A stretch of 60,341 nucleotides of DNA from a virus. Where the stretch lies: the IMG/VR virus record IMGVR_UViG_3300029256_000003; one strand, written 5' to 3'. The first letter of the stretch is position 1. Every line of letters begins with the position of its first letter. The translations under genes and the position numbers were made by a program. Shown piece after piece: positions 26,837-33,288 of the stretch. Under the pieces are notes generated by a model, which was not told the DNA's origin, searched no databases, and saw nothing but the letters and a program-made list of their open reading frames with translations.

Positions 26837-27553
26837 ATGAATGATATTCAGATTTTCAAAAATGAAGCTTTCGGTGAAGTTCGTGTAGCCGGAACAAGTG
26901 AAGAACCATTATTCTGCTTGGCAGATATATGTAAGGTGGTTGAATTGACAAATCCTTCATCAATTAAATCAAGATTAGAAAAGGAAGATGTGCAAATGAT
27001 TGATTTACACGACCTAAACCCGGATATGGAGATTGTGGGTAACTCAATGGCTACATTTGTGAATGAATCAGGGCTGTATGATACGCTTTTACTAAGCAGT
27101 AGCAATAAGGTTAGACCTTATAAAAGATGGATTATACACGAAGTATTACCTTCTATCCGCAAGCATGGCATATACGCTACCGACAATGTTATTGACCAGA
27201 TATTGAATAACCCGGATTTCGGAATCGAGCTTCTCACTAAGCTAAAAGAAGAACGGTCGGCACGTATTGAAGCAGAGAAACAAGTAGCAGTACTAACTCA
27301 TGTCAATAAAACCTATACATGTACGGAAGTTGCTAAAGAATTAGGGCTTAAATCGGCAATTGAACTCAATAACCGTTTAAAAGAACTTGGCGTACAATAC
27401 AAAGTTAATCAGACATGGGTACCATACACTAAATACTCTACGCTTGGTTGGTTTGATATAAAGCAAGAGGTTGCTGATAACGGACATATTATCTACCATA
27501 GAAAGATTACCGGAATTGGTAGACAGGGCATCATCAATCTGTTGGCAATGTAA
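26837..27553 (+). CDS. Antirepressor-like protein (BRO-N + KilA-C type)
   Basis: N-terminus is MNDIQIFKNEAFGEVRVAG..EPLFCLADICKVVEL (BRO-N). The C-terminal half resembles phage antirepressor KilAC. Confidence 0.75.
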   Translation: MNDIQIFKNEAFGEVRVAGTSEEPLFCLADICKVVELTNPSSIKSRLEKEDVQMIDLHDLNPDMEIVGNSMATFVNESGLYDTLLLSSSNKVRPYKRWIIHEVLPSIRKHGIYATDNVIDQILNNPDFGIELLTKLKEERSARIEAEKQVAVLTHVNKTYTCTEVAKELGLKSAIELNNRLKELGVQYKVNQTWVPYTKYSTLGWFDIKQEVADNGHIIYHRKITGIGRQGIINLLAM

Positions 27554-27561
27554 ATCATAAA

Positions 27562-27590
27562 GAAAGGGCAGCTTTAAAAGCTACCCTTTC
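27562..27590. terminator. Bidirectional terminator between convergent genes
   Basis: GAAAGGGCAGCTTT/AAAGCTACCCTTTC hairpin with A/T runs on both sides. Confidence 0.6.
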
Positions 27591-27592
27591 CT

Positions 27593-27635
27593 GTTGATTG
27601 GCGTCAACTAATGTGTCGGACCGAAGCCCCCTGAC
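27593..27635 (-). repeat. Repeat element A (inverted copy of element B at 47859..47887)
   Basis: The reverse complement reads GTCAGGGGGCTTCGGTCCGACACATTA-GTTGACGCCAATCAAC. It shares CCGACACATTA and GTTGACGCCAATCAA with 47859-47887, and contains the dyad GTTGA-N6-TCAAC. Confidence 0.7.
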
Positions 27636-27643
27636 AAAATCTA

Positions 27644-27979
27644 TTATAATGCTTCTATTTTGGTTTCTTCTTTTAATCCTAAGTATTCATTATCATCTTT
27701 TAGCCCTGTAAGCCCAAACGGGGTTTTGCGTTCATGCAGACATTTTTCAGTCAAATCATTAACAAGGCCGATAATATGTATAAGTGTCTCGATTGTACAC
27801 TTATTGTCATCATACACATAATCATCTGCGTTGAGAATATCCTTAATCAAGTTCAGCAACCCAGATGATAAGCCGAACATTCCGGCATGGTCTAAAATCT
27901 CTTTACCGAACTTTGCCAGTTCGCAAACTTGGTCTGCATTCAGACCTTCAAACTTTTCTCTAATTTCTGAAAATTCCAT
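27644..27979 (-). CDS. Hypothetical protein
   Basis: 111 aa acidic ORF on the minus strand. Confidence 0.6.
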   Translation of the reverse strand: MEFSEIREKFEGLNADQVCELAKFGKEILDHAGMFGLSSGLLNLIKDILNADDYVYDDNKCTIETLIHIIGLVNDLTEKCLHERKTPFGLTGLKDDNEYLGLKEETKIEAL

Positions 27980-28153
27980 AGTGATATATTTTTATTAGTG
28001 TGATTCGTGTGATTCGTTTTATTTTGATGATTTACAGCATATAAGCTGTATTTTTAGTCGTTGTAAAAGAAGCGTTCGCTCCCCTTACGGAACACCCTAT
28101 AACTTACGTACAGAGTGCCCAGCACTATTAATAACTCTAACATGGCGGTGTGG

Positions 28154-28936
28154 TTATGCGGCTTTAGAAAGCTCTTTAAACTTGTTCAAGAAGTAAACCT
28201 GCCCCTTGCCTGTTACGTAACAGGTGTGCTTGATAAATGCAAGGTTACCTCCCTGCATTACCGCATTTTCAGTTACGAAGAAAAGGAACATCTTCGCCGC
28301 CTTTTGCGTAGGGGTGTAATCGTTGTCATACTTTCCCTTTGATTTGCTCCACCGCTTATGGCGGATAAGATACTTCTTCTCTACCAACCAATCATACAGG
28401 CGGCACTCTCCGATTTTGAATCCGTTCTGCGTGATTAGCTTGGCAAGGTCACGAACAAGGATATTAGTCGGGGAATTCTTCACGCACTCGGTAAACACTA
28501 CCGCAGGCTTCGTTTCTTCGATGATTGCCTGTTTCTCCACTTCCAGCTTTTTAATCTTCTCTTCGGATGCTTCCAAACGCTTTTGAAGAATCTGTTGGGA
28601 GCGCATGAGGATATAATCGTCATTTTTGAGTAACGCTTCACGTCTATTGAACTCGTTAATGAACCTTTCTTTGAACTCTCCGGCTTTTGTGCCTGTGTAA
28701 CCCATGACGAGGAAAGAAAAACCGTCCTTTGTCATTTCGTAGTAGTGGTAAACTTGACCATTTTGTGGGTGGGTGTAGGGGGTATGCGCAAAATTGCGCA
28801 CCCTAAAATCATCTGAACATGAGAGGTTTTCAATATCTCTCATTACCTTACTATGTTCTTTTCCGAACACTTCTGCAACGATTAATGAAGTAGTAACATC
28901 GTTGCCATTACTGTTTTGAATTACTAATTCTGCCAT
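28154..28936 (-). CDS. Rha-family phage regulatory protein / antirepressor-like
   Basis: From the internal ATG at 28936: MAELVIQNSNGNDVTTSLIVAEVFGKEHSKVMRDIENL is the Rha N-terminal signature. The upstream part of the track ORF covers a promoter and terminator. Confidence 0.75.
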   Translation of the reverse strand: MAELVIQNSNGNDVTTSLIVAEVFGKEHSKVMRDIENLSCSDDFRVRNFAHTPYTHPQNGQVYHYYEMTKDGFSFLVMGYTGTKAGEFKERFINEFNRREALLKNDDYILMRSQQILQKRLEASEEKIKKLEVEKQAIIEETKPAVVFTECVKNSPTNILVRDLAKLITQNGFKIGECRLYDWLVEKKYLIRHKRWSKSKGKYDNDYTPTQKAAKMFLFFVTENAVMQGGNLAFIKHTCYVTGKGQVYFLNKFKELSKAA

Positions 28937-29113
28937 GTGAAATCGGATTATTTTGGCATTATAGGCAAGAAAAAACGGCTGCCCTTTCCCGTTATCCTTC
29001 ACCTCACAAGGCAGTGGGCACATTAATGCTCCACACGGGGGTAGCAGCCGAATATCATTTAATATTCTAACTAAAAAAGAATATGTTAAGGCATAAAAAA
29101 TGCCTACGCAAAT

Positions 29114-29169
29114 GGCAGGCTTCCGCTTGCCTTGTGAATTGAAGGATGTTGCAAAGGTAGCAACACTTT
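29114..29169 (-). promoter_or_regulatory. Minus-strand promoter TAccTTTG plus leader hairpin/T-run upstream of the rha-like gene
   Basis: CAAAGGTA on the plus strand at 29162-29169. Hairpin GCCTGC..GTAGGC at 29122-29140, followed on the minus strand by T6 (29114-29120). Confidence 0.5.
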
Positions 29170-29273
29170 CTGTATTTACAAATAATTTCTTCATTTTCTT
29201 TCAAATTTTCGATATAGTTGTGGCTGTCCGGCATTGAAACGGACTGCTGTAAATGAATTAGGAGGGGGGAGGG

Positions 29274-30128
29274 TTATGCTGCTGTATTCAGCTCACCTTT
29301 TATCTGCTTGATGGCTTTCTTTACATTCCATCCATTCTCATACAAAGCTATAATAAACCTTCTTCCTTTCTCCGTCCAAACGGTGTACGAGTTTGTCCCT
29401 GTGGAACCGTCCGAACGGGTGAAGGTATTGGTGCGGGTGTCGTGTAGCTTCCATGCAGAATAAGGGGAGTACAGAAGCCATTGCCCAGATTGATAAAATA
29501 TTATTCCGGCTTCATTCAGTTTCTTGTGTAGTTTCTCCGCAACCATTCCGATTTGTTTAGCTACCTGTGTGGAAGTAAGCGTGTTGACCGATTGCAGGTG
29601 GGTGTCGTAGTAGTTGACTTTCGGGGCTGCCTGCTTGATTTCCTTTTCTTGCAACTCGATAGTGGCTTGCTGTTGTTCCGTTTCGGCTTCGAGTTGCTTT
29701 AGCCGTTCTTCACGCTTTGCAAGGGTGGCTTGTGCGATGGTGAGAGCACGTGCCATGATTTCTTCGGGAGTATCGTCCTGTTTGGTGGAGATGTATCCGC
29801 CGGTGGTTCTGACTTCGTGAAGAATTTGTTTTACTCCCTTCTTGAATTGCTTGGCAATTGGTTTACGGGATTGCATGAGGACTTCATATAATCCGTCCTC
29901 GGTAAGCATCCAAACTTCCTGATTTCCACCGGGGGTCGTAACAATATTACGAACCTTTTCATCATCATCTACGAGATTAGTTAACTTGCTTGAATTGCTT
30001 TCGGAGTATTCTAATACTTCTCCTACTTCTTTGGCTAAGAACAATGGATTTTCTGCCGTTCCATAAACGGTGAATTGGTGTCCAAGCAATTCGGTTTGTT
30101 TTAGGACTTGAATAGGATTTGTTGACAT
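29274..30128 (-). CDS. Antirepressor-like protein (BRO-N + KilA-C type)
   Basis: The N-terminus QVLKQTELLGHQFTVYGTAENPLFLAKEVGEVLEY is BRO-N-like. The C-terminal half is KilAC-like. Confidence 0.75.
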   Translation of the reverse strand: MSTNPIQVLKQTELLGHQFTVYGTAENPLFLAKEVGEVLEYSESNSSKLTNLVDDDEKVRNIVTTPGGNQEVWMLTEDGLYEVLMQSRKPIAKQFKKGVKQILHEVRTTGGYISTKQDDTPEEIMARALTIAQATLAKREERLKQLEAETEQQQATIELQEKEIKQAAPKVNYYDTHLQSVNTLTSTQVAKQIGMVAEKLHKKLNEAGIIFYQSGQWLLYSPYSAWKLHDTRTNTFTRSDGSTGTNSYTVWTEKGRRFIIALYENGWNVKKAIKQIKGELNTAA

Positions 30129-30133
30129 AACAA

Positions 30134-30326
30134 ATAAAAAAGCGCCTACTACGAGCTGTCAACAAATCCATAAGATTAATGTCGGAGGCGTTTCCGTATC
30201 TCCACTCGGTAGGCGCAATATCTTTAAAACGATACTACTATAATATGTCTTGGCAAAAAAATAACTCTATATGGTAGAGCCATAAGAGTTTGCCGCTCTT
30301 ATGAATTTGTTGACACCGCAAACATA
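30134..30326 (-). promoter_or_regulatory. Minus-strand promoter TAtgTTTG and structured leader with terminator-like hairpin upstream of antirepressor 3
   Basis: CAAACATA on the plus strand at 30319-30326. An 8-bp stem 30142-30149/30209-30216 is followed (minus strand) by T6, immediately before the ATG at 30128. Confidence 0.5.
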
Positions 30327-30457
30327 CAAACTATTTTTGAAAAATGCAAGAAAAAACAACTTTTTTGCTTTCTAGGTAAAGATATATGCTTATTTATTTG
30401 CATTTATGAACAGTTGTCAGTTATTTTGCCATATTGTATAACATAAACCACACAGTC

Positions 30458-30877
30458 ATGAAAAAGATTTTATTTTTATTAGCAGTGTTATTCACAGCTG
30501 CATCTTGTACTACAGTTAATTATTCCGAGAAAAGATGGTCTATAGATTTTAGAGAATACATAAAAGACCCCAATTTTACGATAAACCCTACAGACATATC
30601 GAATAAGGACTTTGAACCTATCGGTTTGATAAAACTAGAGTTTTATGTAGGAACAAATGTAAAAAAGGAACATAAAGACCATGTGCGTGAGGAGGGAGGT
30701 AAATGGACTTCAGTATATTATGTTCCAACTTTGGAAAGAATGATATCGCTATCAGTTGAAGAAGCAAAAAAGATTGGAGCTAATGGAATCATAAAGTTTG
30801 ATCTTATTAGAAAAGATAAAGTAAACAGTTCATCGCGTACTGTATATGAAGTTACAGGGGTGGCTGTAAAATACTAA
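30458..30877 (+). CDS. Lipoprotein (possible superinfection-exclusion/moron product)
   Basis: Signal peptide plus lipobox MKKILFLLAVLFTAASC. ATG at 30458. Confidence 0.7.
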   Translation: MKKILFLLAVLFTAASCTTVNYSEKRWSIDFREYIKDPNFTINPTDISNKDFEPIGLIKLEFYVGTNVKKEHKDHVREEGGKWTSVYYVPTLERMISLSVEEAKKIGANGIIKFDLIRKDKVNSSSRTVYEVTGVAVKY

Positions 30878-30912
30878 TAGAAAGATATTATTCATCTGTT
30901 TCCTAACTTCTT

Positions 30913-30940
30913 CCCGCCCTTCGCAAGAGGGGCGGTTTTT
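30913..30940 (+). terminator. Rho-independent terminator
   Basis: CCGCCC-ttcgcaagag-GGGCGG plus T5. Confidence 0.7.
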
Positions 30941-31008
30941 GTATCTAATCCCTTCTCTTTTCCTTCTAGTTTACCCCATTTCCAGCTAAAAATGTTAAAT
31001 AATTAATT

Positions 31009-31065
31009 TAGTAACAAAAATGTTACTGTTTTATTTGGTGGATAGTAACAAAAACGTTACCTTTG
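31009..31065 (+). promoter_or_regulatory. hicAB-1 promoter with two direct operator-like repeats
   Basis: TAGTAACAAAAATGTTAC (31009-31026) and TAGTAACAAAAACGTTAC (31043-31060), each containing GTAAC-N6-GTTAC. The second overlaps the -7 box TAccTTTG (31058-31065). Confidence 0.6.
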
Positions 31066-31092
31066 TATTGAATTTAAAAGCTCATTGAAATT

Positions 31093-31275
31093 ATGAAAGT
31101 ATCAGAGTTAGTAAGGATGCTAACAAAGGCCGGCTGTTTTATTCATCGTCATGGTGCTAATCATGATATATGGTATAGTCCGATAACCAAACAGACTTTT
31201 CCAGTACCAAGACATGAAAGTCAAGAAATGAGAGACGGCACATTAAAGAGCATTAAGAAGATGGCGGGGATTTAA
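31093..31275 (+). CDS. hicA: HicA-family mRNA interferase toxin
   Basis: 60 aa. KVSELVRMLTKAGCFIHRHGANHDIW....PVPRHESQEMRDGTLKSIKKMAGI fits the HicA pattern. Confidence 0.8.
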   Translation: MKVSELVRMLTKAGCFIHRHGANHDIWYSPITKQTFPVPRHESQEMRDGTLKSIKKMAGI

Positions 31276-31351
31276 TCCCTGCTACTTTCTTACTAAATTG
31301 AGAAAACATATTTTCAATGGCTTTTAAATTTCAAATCAAAAACAAAGAGTT

Positions 31352-31759
31352 ATGAAAATACTTGCTATTATTGAAAAGGGAACAGATGGTTTATATTCCA
31401 TCTATTCGGATGATATGCTGCTTAATCACGGATTGGGCGGATATGGTTCAAGTGTGGAAGAGGCAAAAGCTGATTTCATGGAAAGTATTAAAGAGGCAAA
31501 GGAAATGATTGCAGAAGAAGGTAATGTTCTTCCTGATGAAGTGGGGCATATAGATGTAACTTTTAAATACGATCTTCAATCTTTCTTTAATTACTTTGAT
31601 TGGATTAATGTGAGCCAGTTTGCTAAAAAGGCAGGAATAAACGAATCAAAGATGCGCCAGTACAAAAACGGATTGGCATTTGCTGGAGAATCGACAACAA
31701 AGAAGATTCTCGATACCATAAAGAATATCGGAGCAGAGTTACAATCTGCGACTTTATAA
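31352..31759 (+). CDS. hicB: HicB-family antitoxin
   Basis: 135 aa. The N-terminus MKILAIIEKGTDGLYSIYSDD...VEEAKADFMESIKE is HicB/UPF0150-like, with a C-terminal DNA-binding-like region. Sits directly after hicA. Confidence 0.75.
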   Translation: MKILAIIEKGTDGLYSIYSDDMLLNHGLGGYGSSVEEAKADFMESIKEAKEMIAEEGNVLPDEVGHIDVTFKYDLQSFFNYFDWINVSQFAKKAGINESKMRQYKNGLAFAGESTTKKILDTIKNIGAELQSATL

Positions 31760-31785
31760 ATTCAGAGCTTTTAAATTCAAATTAC

Positions 31786-31810
31786 CGCCCATCCAAAGAT
31801 GGGCGTTTTT
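31786..31810 (+). terminator. Rho-independent terminator
   Basis: CGCCCATC-caaa-GATGGGCG plus T5. Confidence 0.75.
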
Positions 31811-31862
31811 CTTTCTAAAGAGTTAAAACCGTTAAAAACCAATAACAGACATAGTTAATTAT

Positions 31863-31880
31863 TCAATCAATCAATCAATC
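31863..31880 (+). repeat. Tetranucleotide microsatellite (TCAA)x4.5
   Basis: tcaatcaatcaatcaatc, located in the -33 region of the TAtaTTTG box at 31896-31903. Confidence 0.9.
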
Positions 31881-32024
31881 TTAATTTGTATTATTTATAT
31901 TTGCACTATCAAAGTAGCGCATCAAAGTAATGTAACTATAATACGTTACGAACAAAGATATAACTAATTCTGTTAGTGATACTATAGGTGCTACTTATAG
32001 AGAGTTTATTCTAATTCATTTGAA

Positions 32025-32186
32025 ATGGGAAATATAAAGTTAAAATCGAAAAAGACTAGTTTTCTAAAAAGAGACTCTTCTACTGATGTTAGAAAAAACA
32101 AATCTAACATTAAGTTTGTATTGACTGACGTTTCCAAACAAGAACTTGAGAAGAGAAGAATCCCTGTATATTCTTTTGTTATTTGA
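32025..32186 (+). CDS. Small basic protein P1 (53 aa)
   Basis: My translation: MGNIKLKSKKTSFLKRDSSTDVRKNKSNIKFVLTDVSKQELEKRRIPVYSFVI. The C-terminal RIPVY motif is shared with the ORF at 32480. Confidence 0.4.
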   Translation: MGNIKLKSKKTSFLKRDSSTDVRKNKSNIKFVLTDVSKQELEKRRIPVYSFVI

Positions 32187-32238
32187 AATATAATCTATAG
32201 AGAGTAATCCGTAAAACATAAATTAAACCAAGAAACTA

Positions 32239-32445
32239 ATGGGAAGTGAACTTAAAAGAGGAGTATGTAAAAAGACTCTGAAAAAAAAGAGAACTCGCAT
32301 ATTAAAAACTAAAGGCGAGAGGCTTGGTTGGGAACCATTAGATAATGAAAAAGAGGTTCCCTTGAGAACTATTGTCGGAGAAGGTAATGTAGTTAGTACC
32401 TCATGCTGTTTTGTATCTATTAATAATAGAAGAGTAATTTTATAA
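32239..32445 (+). CDS. Small basic protein P2 (68 aa)
   Basis: K/R-rich N-terminus. Lies between P1 and P3. Confidence 0.35.
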   Translation: MGSELKRGVCKKTLKKKRTRILKTKGERLGWEPLDNEKEVPLRTIVGEGNVVSTSCCFVSINNRRVIL

Positions 32446-32479
32446 TAAATAAAATATAAACAAACCATAATACCACATC

Positions 32480-32620
32480 ATGAAATCTAATAATTCCAAT
32501 ACAAAAACGTTTCCTAAAAAGGCTATAAATAAAGCCCCGAATAAGGTAGTATTCAAAAGGGTTACTATCAAGGAACATAAGGCATACAGAATACCTGTAT
32601 ATGATTATCTTATACCGTAA
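32480..32620 (+). CDS. Small basic protein P3 (46 aa)
   Basis: My translation: MKSNNSNTKTFPKKAINKAPNKVVFKRVTIKEHKAYRIPVYDYLIP. The stop overlaps the next start (TAATG). Confidence 0.4.
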   Translation: MKSNNSNTKTFPKKAINKAPNKVVFKRVTIKEHKAYRIPVYDYLIP

Positions 32621-33147
32621 TGAAAATTCTTCCACCTTTTTACGGTTCTGAATTTATTATGTGTAAACCTTCCACATCTGAAGGTATGATTAGGATTGAT
32701 TTATGGCGCTTTAAATCAATGAAAAGTGGAAAGATATATCTTGTAGATGTAGAAGTATATGAGAATAATGTGTACGCTATTAAATTCTATCTTAAATCAC
32801 AAGCTCATTTGAATAATAGATACAGTTTTCAAACAAATGATTTTGAGCCAAGAAGGATAGTTATGAGCTGTATATATATAATGCGACATTACTTTGAAAG
32901 TGATAATAATTCATCTTTTGCATTTATAGGTGCTAATAACATTGGAGAAGATAAAAGTTGCACCAAACGTTTTCGCTTTTACCGTACAATGGTCAACACC
33001 TATTTTGGTACAGAAACTTTTGAACATCGTACTGACGAAAAAAATAGTGCCTATTTACTTTTAAGAAAAACATCTTTACAAAGCGGAAATGTTAAAACGG
33101 CAGACATAGAATCCTTCTTTAGAAATATATACATTCTTAACACATAA
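32620..33147 (+). CDS. Hypothetical protein (175 aa)
   Basis: Coupled to P3. No domain recognised. Confidence 0.6.
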   Translation: MKILPPFYGSEFIMCKPSTSEGMIRIDLWRFKSMKSGKIYLVDVEVYENNVYAIKFYLKSQAHLNNRYSFQTNDFEPRRIVMSCIYIMRHYFESDNNSSFAFIGANNIGEDKSCTKRFRFYRTMVNTYFGTETFEHRTDEKNSAYLLLRKTSLQSGNVKTADIESFFRNIYILNT

Positions 33148-33151
33148 ATAA

Positions 33152-33176
33152 AGCGGAGTAACCTCCGCTTTTCTTT
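33152..33176 (+). terminator. Rho-independent terminator
   Basis: GCGGAG-taac-CTCCGC plus TTTTCTTTT. Confidence 0.7.
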
Positions 33177-33235
33177 TATCTTTTCATCTTATATTTATTC
33201 ATTCTAAATAGCTTGTAAAATTCACCAATTCTTTT

Positions 33236-33284
33236 TATATTTGTGCGGAAACTGTGTCAAGTGGCATGGTACTTAATTCGCACG
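33236..33284 (+). promoter_or_regulatory. Late promoter TAtaTTTG plus leader box GTGTCAAGTGGCAT (tape-measure operon)
   Basis: -7 box at 33236-33243. Leader box at 33254-33267, enclosed by stem GTGCG/CGCAC (33244-33248 / 33279-33283). Confidence 0.55.
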
Positions 33285-33288
33285 TTAT

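Noticed and set aside
28937-29194. N-terminal 86 codons of the track ORF 28154..29194 (minus strand).
   Set aside because: This part covers a promoter box and a terminator-like hairpin, and its translation is not protein-like. The Rha signature begins at the internal Met (28936).
30182-30216. Shared TCGGAGGCGT ... TAGGCGC strings with 59839-59868.
   Set aside because: It is a 10-mer plus a 7-mer with different spacing (18 versus 13 nt). Identical 10-mers are expected many times by chance in 60 kb, so the match is only borderline significant.
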